64,000 nucleotides of DNA from Octopus sinensis (GCF_006345805.1 NC_043016.1:17670001-17734000); one strand, 5' to 3'; shown: positions 24,453-37,794, counted from the first letter of the stretch. Notes: generated by a model from the sequence alone, not told the origin. Numbers and translations are program-made.

Positions 24453-24826
24453 ACCACGTGACCGACCAGACCACATCGTTATAAAATTCCGCTTTTTGGT
24501 TAAAGATGTCGACATTAGCAGATAAATTTGATAGTCTTAAGGATATATTTTTAACTAAATTATCGGTGATAGTTTTGGCATGGTTACTGAAAATGCTGAT
24601 ATATTTAAGATTAGTAGAAGGCTTATGATAAGGGAAGTAAGAATTATTCTGCAGATTTAGGGTAACATCTAAGAAGTTGGCTTTAGTTAATTCGTCGTCG
24701 AAAACTATGCTCAAGCCCATTCTGCTAAAAAATCTAGTTAATCTGTTTTTAGTCTTCTGTATCATATTGTTCGGAGCATTCTGTAGGTAAAGTAGACAAT
24801 CGTTCAACTCCATTCTTTCATTTATT

Positions 24827-24830
<4 letters not shown>
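24446..24830. mobile_element. Composite insertion in (TA)n: mini-element end, Naiad-like RT fragment (minus strand), HHR-element tail
   Basis: 24446-24473 matches 51111-51138; 24474-24800 encodes KANFLDVTLNL..YHKP..SNH..ISLRLSNLS; 24803-24830 matches 27223-27250. Confidence 0.75.
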
Positions 24831-24874
<44 letters not shown>

Positions 24875-24893
24875 CATATATAATATATATATA

Positions 24894-24938
<45 letters not shown>

Positions 24939-25088
24939 GCTTTATTCTTGCATACATATATATATATGTTGTAAGGGATAAGAGATATTTTGGGTTTTTT
25001 TCACAGCTGTTGTGATGATGATGATGACGATTATGATGATGATGGCAATGATGGCGATGGTGATGATGATGATATTTGCATGTCTTAG

Positions 25089-25146
25089 CTTTAAGCTCTT
25101 TGACATCATCATCTTCTTTGTTGAAAATAGCACAGCCATTGGCCAG
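25089..25146 (+). CDS. Candidate 58-nt exon (FKLFDIIIFFVENSTAIGQ)
   Basis: ttag| acceptor, CAG|gt donor, open frame, phase-compatible with 27428; no homology recognised. Confidence 0.2.
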
Positions 25147-25201
25147 GTCAACCTGACCCCACATATTTTTTAACTATCTATATATCTATCTATCTATCTA
25201 T

Positions 25202-26152
25202 CTCTGGCTAGAAATTGTGAATAATAAAACTCAAATACTTCATTCATACTATGCCAAACCTATGGCCTCAAAATACTTGCTCCACCGGAACTCAGCCATT
25301 GCGGACAATGCCAAATTCAATATTTTGATGGCAGACCTCTTCAGAATAATGAGAAATGTGTCATGCATGTGCGAGCCCACAGAGTTAAAGAGACACATAC
25401 AATATTTCATTCACCGCATGCAGTTCTCAGGTTACAGCCATAAAGAAAGGATCAGAGTATACAAAGGAGCCATTAAGAAATTTGATAATATATTATGTAA
25501 TGATAGGAATGGTATTTGCCCACTGTATAGGAACAAGTCATGGAACACTATAGAAAGGACAAAAATGAAAATAGGGAAGGCCAACTCTTGGTATGATAGC
25601 CATAAATACCAGAGTGTCATGTTCGTTGACACGACCCCTGGAGGTGAACTGGCGTATCGGTTTAGAAGGACCCTAGACAAACTTAAGCTAAGAATTAAGG
25701 TTGTTGAAAAGCCAGGTAACCCTATCAAATCTATAATTGGTAGAACCTATCCTTTTAGTAGAACCCCCTGTACGGATAAGTACTGTACTGTATGTAGATT
25801 TAGCCCACAAACAAACTGTAAAGCCAGAAATGTAGTCTATAGTATAAGATGTATAGAGGGACGATGCAGTAACAAGACAACGACATGCGTAGGGGAAACG
25901 GCAAGAAGCATAGGAGAGCGGGTAAATGAACATTGGAGACAACTCAAGGAAGGTAAAAGCTTATCGATTCTGTACCAACACGCCGAACAAGAACACGGGG
26001 GATCAATCAATAACATAGAAATTAAAATATTATCCACACATAGATCAGATGCAACAATTAGACAAATTACAGAAGCTACACACATAATAGAAAATAAACC
26101 TAGCCTGAATAGAAAACTAGAATGGAGCACTAACACACACCACAACATATGA
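25202..26152 (+). mobile_element. 5'-truncated PLE with an uninterrupted thumb-linker-GIY-YIG reading frame
   Basis: YAKPMAS, MQFSGY, CKARNVVYSIRC, VGETARS..ER..EH, RQITEA..PSLNRK; expected YIG Tyr reads Cys. Confidence 0.9.
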
Positions 26153-26214
26153 CGATAGAGGATCCTGAAAACATAATAAATACACAGATAAATAAACTAA
26201 TAGAAATAAATAAC

Positions 26215-26276
<62 letters not shown>

Positions 26277-26831
26277 TTTTTCGATTCAATTTATTATTAT
26301 TATTACTAGTATTGTTGTTATACATACATACATATATACATACATACATACATACAAGCATATGTAATGATAATAATAGGTGGAGGTAAACACATGAACA
26401 AAATAAGAATAAACAAAAACAACAAAAACAAAACAAAAACAACAAAAAACAACATACAAATTACATGAACATATAAAATTACAAATTACATGAACATATA
26501 TAAACAGAAGATACAAATATTACAGGCATCCCCCACATACACACACTAAATAAACATAAACGCACATAGAGATATAAGCATGCGCAAATGAAGACATACA
26601 ATAGAAATACAAAATGGCTGACGGTTAGTAAGGAGAGACACATAAGAAAGAAGAAAACAAAGGACCACTGATGCGATCAGAGGAGTGTGACGAAAGAACT
26701 CTGGCCGAAATAAGATTAAGATTAATGTAAAAAATAAATAACACTGAAGCAAAGTAACACCAAATATATAGTGCGTGTGTTTTTATTGGCTAAACTGGCA
26801 AAATGACCATTCCGAAATATAACAATATCTA

Positions 26832-26995
26832 TCTATCCTTTTACTTGTTTCAGTCATTTGACTGTGGCCATGCTGGAGCACTGCCTTTAGTCAAGCAAAT
26901 CGACCCCAGGACTTTACTTTGTAAGCTCAGTACTTATTCAATCAGTTGCTTTTGCTGAACCGCTAAGTTAGAGGGACATAAGCACACCAGCATTG
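26832..26995 (-). mobile_element. SINE family A 3' part
   Basis: Family A tail motifs. Confidence 0.8.
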
Positions 26996-27116
26996 ATAAC
27001 GCGTTCGATGTGCTTATAACGGAATATTTTAAAGAAACACTCATTATCGCTATGGGCTCCGTGTGGGCAGTCATCTAAATGTCTTTGTGCATATTGATGC
27101 TGACATAAGTTCCTTG

Positions 27117-27198
27117 TTTTTCCTGATGAGAAGGCGGCATAATGCACCCCTTATTCCTTCGAAATTAGGAATATGCAGCCTTCGAAACATGTCGAAAA
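27117..27198 (+). ncRNA. Type I hammerhead ribozyme with extended stem II, in a short element (~26996-27250) ending at (TA)n
   Basis: TTTTC CTGATGA GAAGGC..GCCTTC GAA A CATG T C GAAAA; predicted cleavage after C27193. Confidence 0.85.
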
Positions 27199-27239
27199 TA
27201 AAGGAATTTTGTTAATTCGTCCTTCAACTCCATTCTTTC

Positions 27240-27314
<75 letters not shown>

Positions 27315-27427
27315 GTGTGTGTGTGTGTGTGTGTGTGTGGTAAACACATAAACTGCTGCGTATGTGTAGTTTGGTAGTGAATCGCATTTTAGTAGAGCAT
27401 CTGTCTGTTGATTATAATTCTCTACAG

Positions 27428-27519
27428 GTAGATTGGAACTTCGACCTCGAAGCCAACGAAACTATTTATCAATTTTACAGTATTGTTACGGTTACATTTG
27501 TTAATTATGACATCCAGCG
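27428..27519 (+). CDS. Candidate 92-nt internal exon (VDWNFDLEANETIYQFYSIVTVTFVNYDIQR)
   Basis: Strong ttctctacag| acceptor and CG|gtaaga donor; only one frame open. Confidence 0.4.
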
Positions 27520-27829
27520 GTAAGAAGAAAAACTAGTTGTTAGGTGGATCATTAGATCATTGACAATTAAGTGGCTGGAACATAAACACAGGATATGACC
27601 GACGACATAGCAGCTGATATCGATTGGTCAACAAAGCTACCAGCGTATTATATAACATACTGAAAGATTTTAGCTCCGGTTGTAAAATGCTTCGAGTATA
27701 CGAGTGCGTGATGATTGTGTGTATGTAAAGTTACACACATCCATATATTGCCAAGCAATATGCATGCATGCTTGCATGTGCCTGTATGTGTGTATGTATG
27801 TATGAATATATGTATGTATGTATGTACAG

Positions 27830-27855
27830 ACAGGTAGACAGACGGACGGATAGAC

Positions 27856-27886
<31 letters not shown>

Positions 27887-27903
27887 TAGACAGACAGATA
27901 GAC

Positions 27904-27938
<35 letters not shown>

Positions 27939-27968
27939 TAGATAGATATATAGATAGATGGATAGATG

Positions 27969-28057
<89 letters not shown>

Positions 28058-28072
28058 GTAGATGGATAGATG

Positions 28073-28157
<85 letters not shown>

Positions 28158-28245
28158 GTAGATGGATAGATGGATAGACATGCAAACGGACAGACAGACA
28201 GACGCAGATACATACAGACAGACCAGCAGTCAGACAGATAGATGC
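27830..28245. repeat. Compound (GACA)/(GATA)/(GATG)n array
   Basis: Seen directly; source of the YLSI-repeat ORFs. Confidence 0.95.
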
Positions 28246-28289
28246 TGTTCGCCAAAAGTGAAAAAAATATTTTACACATATTTTACACA

Positions 28290-28697
28290 GGCGCAGGAGT
28301 GGCTGTGTGGTAAGTAGCTTGCTAACCAGCCACATGGTTCCGGGTTCAGTCTCACTGCGTGGCACTTTGGGCAAGTGTCTTCTGCTATAGCCCCGGGCCG
28401 ACCAATGCCTTGTGAGTGAATTTGGTAGACGGAAACTGAAAGAAGCCTGTCGTATATATGTATATATATATATAAGTGTGTGTGTATATGTTTGTGTGTC
28501 TGTGTTTGTCCCCCACCAACCGATGCTGGTGTGTTTACGTCCCTGTCACTTAGCGGTTCGGCAAAAGAGACCGATAAAATAAGTACTGGGCTTACAAAGG
28601 AATAAGTCCCGGGGTCGATTTGCTCGACTAAAGGCGGTGCTCCAGCATGGCCGCAGTCAAATGACTGAAACAAGTAAAAGAGTAAAGAGTAAAGAGT
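28290..28697 (+). mobile_element. SINE family A, full length (tRNA head, CORE-like TTGGGCAAGTGTCTT, (AAAGAGT)n tail)
   Basis: A/B boxes; many homologous copies in the window. Confidence 0.9.
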
Positions 28698-28713
28698 ATA
28701 TACTAGATTATAT

Positions 28714-29125
28714 CTATTGAACCTTGGGAGGGGCATTATGCCGGTAATAATAGACACACGCACTGGTTCGGTCTTTTATTGTTGTTGTTAGTTAATGGGT
28801 TAGTTTACTCCCAACGCTGGAACATAAGTTCAAAAGAAATGGAAGTAGAAAGACGTGTCATTGAAGAGTTTGCAACAATGCGATGAAATAATTATTTCAC
28901 AAAAACAAAAAAAAGAAATGAGAACACGAACAAAACTGAACATTTGAACGATCAACTGTTTGACCAAAGTGTTTAACAAACGAGTTTGTAAAATTAGTAA
29001 AAAACGCGTGATTGATAAACTGGTTAACGGAGTAACTAACCCATTAACTAACAATAACAATGAAGGACCGAACCAGTGCGTGTGTTTATTATTACCGGCA
29101 TGATGCCCCTCCCAAGGTTCAATAG
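28714..29125. mobile_element. MITE/foldback-like element with ~97-bp inverted repeats
   Basis: 28714-28811 versus 29029-29125; 16-bp direct repeat ACTAGATTATATCTAT at 28702 and 29184. Confidence 0.75.
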
Positions 29126-29214
29126 CATTTCTTTCAACACACGAATTCACATCAAGAATCTTGCAAACCAAATACGAATACGAACTAGATTATATCTATG
29201 ATAACAATTATATC

Positions 29215-29420
29215 TTTTATTTTTTACCTTTTATTTTTTTCACTCTTTAGACTACGGCCATGCTGGGGCACCGCCTTGAAGCATTTTTATGTCGAATGAA
29301 TCAATTCAAGTACTTTTTCTTAAGTCTGATATTTATTCTATCGATCTCTTTTGCTGAGCCACTACACCGGTCGCCAAGTTGTAGTAGGGGACAAACAGAT
29401 ACAAAGACACACGCATATAT
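29215..29420 (-). mobile_element. SINE family A 3' part
   Basis: Family A motifs. Confidence 0.7.
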
Positions 29421-29426
29421 ATATAT

Positions 29427-29779
29427 GGATGGAAGCACTCCGTCGGTTACGACGACGAGGGTTCCGGTTGATCCGATCAACGGAACAGCCTGCTCGTGAA
29501 ATTAACGTGTAAGTGGCTGAGCACTCCACAGACACGTGTACCCTTAACGTAGTTCTCGGGGATATTCAGCGTGACACAGAGAGTGACAAGGCCGGCCCTT
29601 TGAAATACAGATACAACAGAAACAGGAAGTAAGAGTGAGAGAAAGTTGTGGTGAAAGAGTACAGCAGGGATCACCACCATCCCTGCCGGAGCGTCGTGGA
29701 ACTTTAGGTGTTTTCGCTCAATAAACACTCACAACGCCCGGTCTGGGAATCGAAACCGCGATCCTACGACCGCGAGTCT
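29427..29779 (-). mobile_element. SINE family B with alternative tail (B2)
   Basis: Reverse complement of 44803-45186; head truncated. Confidence 0.9.
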
Positions 29780-30630
29780 CTGTTATAGTTCAGCTTTCCG
29801 ACGGTAGAAGCCACTTGATGCGACCCTCAGGCATCAGTCTGCCGACCAGCGTCATCGGGTGTTGTCCTACTGCCATGAGGTACGTCTTTCTTTCGCAGTG
29901 CTTCTCCTTTGTTTGCCGATTTATCCTGAAGCACCTGCCAACGATTTGAGCGAGGAATTGCGAAAGGAAAAGAGTTGCAGCAAAATTTGTGCCTCACTTG
30001 CTCACGGAAGATCAAAAGCAGTCACGCCTGAATGCGTATCGTGAACTGAAAGAACAGTTGATCCGAACCTTTTCCCGAAGGTCATCACTGGTGACGAAAG
30101 CTGCTGCTACGGCTATGACCCGAAAACGAAGCAGCTATCGAGCCAATGGAAACATTCAATGTCACCACGTCCTCCAAAAAATGCGTCAAGTGAAATCCAG
30201 TGTCAAGACGATGCTGATGTTTCATCGATGCGAACGGAATTTTTCAAACAGTATTTGTTCCCCCTGGTCTAACTGTTAACCAGATCATTTTATTTGGCGG
30301 TTCGGAAGCGTTTGCGAAACACGTTGATGCGAAAACGCCCCGACCTGTGGCGAAGTGCAGAGTGGTGTTTTCATTACGACAATGCACATTTGCACACCGT
30401 CTTGAGTGTGAAACAGTTTTTGACCAAAAATGGCATGATCCCGCTTGCCCACTCTCTCTCTCTCTCTCTATTCACTCGATTTTGCTCCCTGCAACTTTTT
30501 TATCCCCCCCCCCCAAATGGAAGACGTGAAGGAGAAAACAATGGAGGCGTTAAAGGGCATCCCTTCGTACGAGTTCTAAGACTGCTTTGAACAGTGGAAA
30601 ATGCATCTGGACCGATGCATTGTTTCACCA
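29780..30630 (+). mobile_element. Mariner (DD34D-type) transposase remnant
   Basis: KFVPHLLTEDQKQ, TGDESCCYGYDPKTKQ, WCFHYDNA; frameshifted. Confidence 0.85.
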
Positions 30631-31411
30631 TATTCACTCACAAAACTTTGATCGGCCCGAGGGTGCCCGAGGGTATGGTATAAGACACATACCGGAATCA
30701 TGTGGTTGGGGAGTACACTGATAAATTTCAGACCTACAAGAAGAATTAATATTTAATAGGATATTACTTGATACATATACATACTTGCATGCAAATTTTC
30801 ACAAAGCGTACTGTTTCAAAAATGGAACTTAATATAAAAATGTTTCTTAATATAAAATTAATATGAAAATCTCAAATTAAATAAGTGCAATGGAAAATTC
30901 ATAAAACAGTAATTATACAAGTCAAATGTTAAATGTAATACCAAATAGGCCCACTATATATATGCATATATATAAAATTAGAAAAAAAACACCCTTTATC
31001 AATTCAATATTGAAAAATTAAATTATACCATTTAGAAAAATTACATCTTATAGAAAGATTAAATATAAGATAAAACATATAACAATGATTAAATAATGTG
31101 CAAAATAATAAATAAAACGTATATATTTGGCAGAATATATAAATATATATATTTCGTTTTTGGACTTGGTTTGCAAGATTCTTTACGTGAGTTCATAACG
31201 ATTATTGAAAAGGTTTCAAAACGCAACGAAAATTTTAGGAAAATAAAAAAAAAGGAAATGAGTGGCAACATTACCAGTGAGTGTGTTAAATTATAAGGCA
31301 CCAAAAGAGAATGACTCTTCCCAGACACAACAGAATGTGTTGAAACACACGAACTCACGTAAAGAATTTTGCAAACCAAATCCCAAAACGAAATTAAAAA
31401 ATATATAGATT

Positions 31412-31795
31412 CTTTTATTCTTTTACTTGTTTCAGTCATTTGACTGTGGCCATGCTGAAGCACCGCATTTAGTCGAACAAATCAAACGCAGCACTTATTC
31501 TTTATAAGCCTAGTACTTATTCTACCGGTTTCTCTTGCCGAATCGCTAAATTATAAGGACGTAAACACACCAATATCGGTTATCAAGCGATGGTGAGGGG
31601 ACAAACACAGACACACACATATATATATATACCATATATGGTCTTCTTTCAGTTTTCGTCTACCAGACCGACTCACAAGGCTTTAGGCGGCCCGAGGCTA
31701 TAGCAGAAGTCATCTGTCCAAAGTCCCACGCAGTGGGACCGAACCTCGAACCATGTGGTTGATAAGCAAGCTACTTATCACACAGTCACTCCTTC
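31412..31795 (-). mobile_element. SINE family A
   Basis: Near full-length homology. Confidence 0.85.
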
Positions 31796-32334
31796 GTAGT
31801 CACACAGCCATTCATATATATATTATATATATATTATATATATATATATATATAATATATGTGCGGTGTGTGTGTGTATGTATGTATATGTATATGTATG
31901 TATGTAAATACACACACACATGCATACATATCCCAATACATCTGTCAGTATGCATGTGAGTGTGTGTGTGTTTGTGCGTATGTGTGTCAATCTGTGTGTG
32001 TGCTAGCGCGCGTGTGTGCGCACAAAAGCACTTCGAACAAGAGCACCAGTAAAGTGTCTTCAGGGAAAACATTTCCATCAGTTTTCAAACTTTTCCAATC
32101 ACGCCATCATCACATAGCAATAACGAGTGTAAATAAAGTCAGCTCTAGTTGAAAAATATTTGACGCTATGGACTTAAAATCACAATCTAGCCTTCATTAG
32201 AAAATGGTCATTCACAACAAATTACCGTGAACTAATTTATTATTGGTGATGAGAAATTACAATAACCTTCACGAAATTAGGGTAATGAAATCGATGTCGC
32301 AAATTTTCGGTTTGTATATCAAAGTGTGCAAGAA

Positions 32335-32399
32335 AACGTGGGCGGAGAAGATTGTTTTTTCAGAGGGAGAAACGAATTTGAGAGGTGTCTAGTGTAAGC

Positions 32400-32470
<71 letters not shown>

Positions 32471-32500
32471 TTTTGGCGCTTCCTGTTTCATATGACTTTT
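32335..32500 (+). promoter_or_regulatory. Possible promoter/TSS patch
   Basis: GGGCGG, GCCATTTTG (YY1-like) and CTTCCTG (ETS-like) motifs in a non-repeat context. Confidence 0.2.
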
Positions 32501-33421
32501 ATTGCCGCTTTAGTTATCAACGCTCTGCATTAAAATGAACGTATATATTTTGACCTGTTTATCACAAAATAAGGGACATCTACTGGGAATATAACTTTGT
32601 TTCATATGACACAGATGTACATAGCACGTGTGGTGATGTTTTAAAATTCCATAAAAATGCTTTTAGGGGGTTAATGTTGCTTTGCTGCTATTCAGAGAGT
32701 CTGTGTTATTTTTATGACGGGTATTTTATTTACTTTGATTTTTGTGATTTTTCTTATGTTGTGAAACTTTCTGCTTTGAGTGTTGGTTTTATTTTATGAA
32801 AAAAAAAAGTTAACTTGAATTGAAAAAGAAGATAATGGATGTGTCTTGTTTATTATATGAGGTTTCCATACTTTGTGCGTGTATGCGTGTGTTTCTGCGA
32901 TGTGTTGCTTGGCCCTGATCGAAGACTATTGTATATTTCTCGCCAAGAAAGGGTTACTAGAGTTAGACTACGCAATGAGTCATTTCCTTTTAAAGCAACA
33001 GGAATGATGTGAGTAATAATTCTCTACTGTGTCAAAATATTCATCCGTAAATTTTCGATTTCATCTTATATGCAACAAGACTTCATTTATGAAGAAGGAA
33101 AGCAAATTGACTTTTTGGTATATACTTTATTTATTGTTAAAAAGTGAAGTCAGTTTGAAGAAATTTCATTGGCTCAAGTGGGCCAATGACATGACTTCAA
33201 AGATATGCAAATTAAAGGGATGATGAACTGAATGACATAAGCAAAAATTCTTAATTAACTGAGATTTCTTTCTTACTTGAAAGATGAAAAAGAAACCAGC
33301 AGCAAATCTTAGCGACTCCCAAGTAAAAAAGGGAGATAAATGCCGGAAATTAACAATTAATGCCTCAAGTTTAACATAACTTCATGTGGAAAATTAATCT
33401 TTGTTTCTGGCAAGGAGGCAA

Positions 33422-33462
33422 CTGCAGACATGTTTCTGATTCGTCGGTCTTCATCAGCATAG
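33422..33462 (-). ncRNA. Isolated decayed hammerhead-like motif
   Basis: CTGATGA A GAC..ATCA GAAA CATG TC; stems I and II are poor. Confidence 0.3.
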
Positions 33463-34076
33463 TGTAATTTTTTCTACTTTGGCCAAATCATCAGCCGAAA
33501 CGATTTTGCGTTTTAAAAAAGCGTTACGTTTATAATTTGACCATAAAATGAACCATGAGAAATAACCCCAATGGACAAGTAGCAGGAATTTAGATAAATA
33601 ATTCAAAATGTAGTGTATTTTAAGTAGTATACACACAAAAAATGAATTCTCAATTTATTAATAACAAAAGATGAACCTTGAAGTTACTATTAGATTGTTC
33701 GCCGCTCTGAAATAAAAGGGGAGATAACTGGAAGAAATTAATTAATCTACCAAAATTAATTTACATGTTTAGAGGAAAATCTGATCTCTGTTTATGAGCA
33801 AGAGACAGGCATAGATGTTTTCTTATTTTCTACTTCCTCTTTCCACACCACACAATCCTCCTTTGGCATCATTTCAATTCATTTCCTCTTTACTTGTCTA
33901 ATGAGGATAAATTACCAGATCTTAATGACAAACCTTATCTAAGCCGACTTAAAACAATTTGCTCAACTTCTCTCTCATTCTCAATCCTGACAGCTTGTCC
34001 TAAACTCAATTTCTCGTATAATAATCACCCCCTCTTCTTCTCTTCCCCCTCACACATTAATTTATCACACACATGT

Positions 34077-34114
<38 letters not shown>

Positions 34115-34419
34115 ATACACATGCACACATACACACGCAGGCACGCGCGCACGCACACACACACACGCACGCACGCACATCTGCTGATGCCAATTCGTCT
34201 TTAATATATTTTTTTCCTGTCCACTTATTCTTCCTTTCTTTAAAATTAGTTTTATTTACAAACTCACATCCATTGCTCTTTTTACTTCCTCTCTCTCTCC
34301 CTCCTCTCTCTCTCTCTCACTCCCTCTTCTCTCTCTCATACTCTCTCTTTCATACTCTCTCTCTTATACACTCTCTCGTACTCTCTCTCTCTCTCTCCCT
34401 CTTTCTCTCCCTTACATTC

Positions 34420-34515
34420 CCCCGAAATCCTGCTCTTCTGTAACCTTCCAAACATCTGTCTACGAACATTTCGCCTAAGAACCTCGGTCATTCGAATTAC
34501 AAACAACCAGTGCAG
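34420..34515 (+). other. Possible first non-coding exon after a (CT)n tract
   Basis: CAG|gtaaga donor at ~34516; CpG retained locally. Confidence 0.2.
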
Positions 34516-35109
34516 GTAAGAGCTAACGGTCTGGGATAAGTTAAGCAAGCTTCCTATGCTGATACAAAGGTACAACAGAACGACTCTTCGCAGGGTTTGA
34601 CGGTGACTACAGAAAATATACGCAAAATAGATTTGCTCTGTTTGCAATTGCGGTCCACCCATCTGCGCTTATTATTTGATAGTTTACATCCTACCGTGGA
34701 ACTCGTGACAGGCGAACTTTTCGATGTTGTGTTCTTGTTTGTATGTATCCGGGCCCAGAGGAAAAAACATTTGTTTCAAGATTGTATTTTAATAATTCTC
34801 TCGAATGTTGGATACACGTCTGCTTTGCAAATAACAGAAGGAACGAAGGTTGCACTAATCTTTACTTTAGTTTTTGTTGTTGTTGTTGTTGTTGTTCTGT
34901 ATGTGGTCTCCATGTTTATTATTGAGAACTGAACTGTTTGGTGGTGTTTGTAGTTTACTGTTGTTTATTATGGAAACACTGAGCTCAGTAAAAACTGACA
35001 CACTTCATCCTCGGTAGCTGTTTCTTTACATCAGCCAAATTTGATTCTTGTTGAAGTTCTAAGAATAAATTGTACATAGTTTTGCTGGGTTTTTTTTCTT
35101 TTATGATTT

Positions 35110-35445
35110 CATCATCATCATCATCATTGTTCGACCGTGGTCGAGACAATGGAATTTACCATGTTACGCCAGACTTCACGGTCCATCATAGCATTACGGA
35201 GGTCCTGTTACTGGATGCCTGTATCCCTGGAGATTACATCAGGGTAGGAGAGTGTGCGCCCTCTGGTATTGCGAACAGATGGCTTCCAGAGGAGAAGAGT
35301 AGAAATTACCTCGTTTTCAGCTCTACAACAATGTCCAGCCAACTGGACTCTCCTACCTTTCACAAGAGATGACACAGGTGGTAGTTTCCCATATATTTGC
35401 ATTTTGGTTGGATGGCGCTTCCACGAGAGATTTTGAGCTCTCATA
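35110..35445 (-). mobile_element. RTE-clade LINE 3' fragment with (GAT)n tail
   Basis: SWKRHPTK..IYGKLPP..RRVQLAGHC..LLLWKP. Confidence 0.85.
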
Positions 35446-35713
35446 AGGAGGCGAGTGTACGTTATTATTTCACTGTGAATCTACGATAAATGTTGTGTAT
35501 ATTTTCTTGTCTCTGTTTTGTGTATGTGATTTGTTTATGTTAGCAAATGAGCGATGCTTAGTTATACTTGATGTTGGCTTTTCACTACCAGATCCGCTCT
35601 CATCCATCAGAACGTCGACTGAATCTGCTTCAGCCGTGACAATCCCTCCTTTTTACATTCGAATGACCTTCCTAATGCGTCATTCCAGCCTTTGTGGGTT
35701 TTTATTTGACTAT

Positions 35714-36112
35714 AGGTGCAGGAGTAGCTGCGTGGTAAGTAGCTTGCTTACCAACCACATGGTTCCGGGTTCAGTCCCACTGCGTGGCACCTTGGGCAAG
35801 TTTCTTCTACTATAGCCTCGGGCCATCCAAGGCCTTATGAGTGGATTTGGTAGACGGAAACTGAAAGAAGCATGTCGTATATATGTATGTGTGTATATGT
35901 GTTGTGTGTTTGTGTTTCCCCCTACCCCCCACCGTCGCTTGACAACTGATGCTGGTGTGTTTACGTCCCCGTAACATAGCAGTTCAGCTAAAAGAACCGA
36001 AAGAATAGGTACTAGGCTTACAAAGAATAAGTCCTGGGAGGTCGACTTGCTCGACTAAAGGCGGTGCTACAGCACGGCCGCAGTCAAATGACTGAAACAA
36101 GTAAAAGAGTAA
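35714..36112 (+). mobile_element. SINE family A, full length
   Basis: Homologous to 28290-28697. Confidence 0.9.
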
Positions 36113-37630
36113 GGTTTTTTTCTTCCTTTTGACCCAACGTTCATTAAGCTACTTGGTCGACACGTGACACCTCTATGGTTCTTAGAACGGTTAGGGCTAG
36201 GATTTGGTCTCAGATGGAGATAGATACTGAGTCTGTCAGGTATTCTGGTTTTGTTTTTCCTTATCCTTAATTCTAGGAACTAATTATGGATGTTAGTAGA
36301 GGAGACAAGTAATCCGAAGCACACGATAACAAAAATAAACGAAAAATAAAAGAATTTGGCACGCGACAAATATTTTTACTTTATATATATACTTATTACT
36401 TAATTCTTTATGTTTAAAGTTTGTCAATCGTCGTCGTCGTCGTAGTTGAGAATGATTTGAACCTGCGTAATACTTCTTCACTTGAGTTCTTTTTTTTTTG
36501 TTAGTCTTTAAAACTAATTTTTCAATTAAGCAGACTTGATATGAGTAATTAACATTGTTGGTGGATGCAATGATTCCCTTTGGGGGCCACATTATTTGAT
36601 TGAATATCCGTGCTGCTGCAGTATCAATGAGGCTGCTGTTGTTTTAGTGTTTTATGTCATTTCTCATCAAGCTAGCTTCTGATCAAACAGGTTTTGGTAG
36701 TGACCACTCGTTTTTATGTACAGAATGTTCGTAAATTATCATTACAACTTCCAGTATTCATTATTGAATCTATTTAAGTTGAGATCCATTTATCAACCTC
36801 TTTGCAACCAATAGAACCTATGCAGAAGTGTTTTGATATTTCGCATATTTATTATTTATTTATTTTTTTTGCTATAATATACATGTATATACACAAGACC
36901 TAAAAATATTTCAGAGGTAACACGTAATTATACGAATCATGGTCAGAACATCTCTTACTTTTGGTGAAAATCTAAGTCAAAGGCTTTCTCACACAATAAT
37001 CGATCCTGCATCCATATTCTCATCATCACAAACTATAGCCACGAGGATTTATAAATATCTGTATTCGGTAATAAACTGGCAAATTTTGAACATTTAGTTC
37101 TAGATAAAAAAAAAAGAGGGAAAACTTCTATATTCGGCAGTAAAATATTGGCGATATATGGAATTACGAAATACTTTTATTGCCTGATAATTTCGTTATG
37201 TGATACTTTGGTTACTAAACGGAATGCTCAATAATTGAATGTGAGCATCCAATTGGGAGTAGGGCTGACTTTTGATTAGTACGTTAATAATTCTAGCTAT
37301 AGTAACAAATTAGTGTTGTTGAACCTCCTTGGTGAAACATGGTCTTATCAGTATATGCCAAATTCCGGATTACCGAGAGATACAAAGGGTCTGAGCTGAT
37401 AAACATTTATAGGTGTGCCAGCGTAAAAGAGTGACATATTATCGAGTGTTATTCTATCTTTCTATATTCTTTGACTTACATTTCACCCTCGCTAAGCCTA
37501 ATTCTGGTCATTTCTTAAATCTTTCGTCCACAACAAGAAACACAAACCTCAAATACTAGTCAAACTGGATATACATTTCTTGTATATATCCATGTTTTTT
37601 TCTACATTACGATTCATTTGTCTCTGATAG

Positions 37631-37674
37631 GTGAAAGTAAATTATGATGTCTTCAACGGAGAAACCTCTAATTG
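37631..37674 (+). CDS. Candidate 44-nt exon (VKVNYDVFNGETSN, or ATG-initiated MMSSTEKPLI)
   Basis: tttgtctctgatag| acceptor and TG|gtaaga donor. Confidence 0.35.
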
Positions 37675-37794
37675 GTAAGAAGTGAATGTAGGTCTGACCT
37701 TCCTTTGAATTTGGCCTTCCGCTCTTTCCAAACAGCAACACCTTCTCTCAAACAACTTGCAGAATTTAGTTAAATCCCTCTTACGTTCATTAAT

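Noticed and set aside
24364-25164. 266-aa ORF as a single gene
   Set aside because: Reads through (TA)n and (CAT)n tracts and a chimeric junction; only ~24474-24800 is PLE RT.
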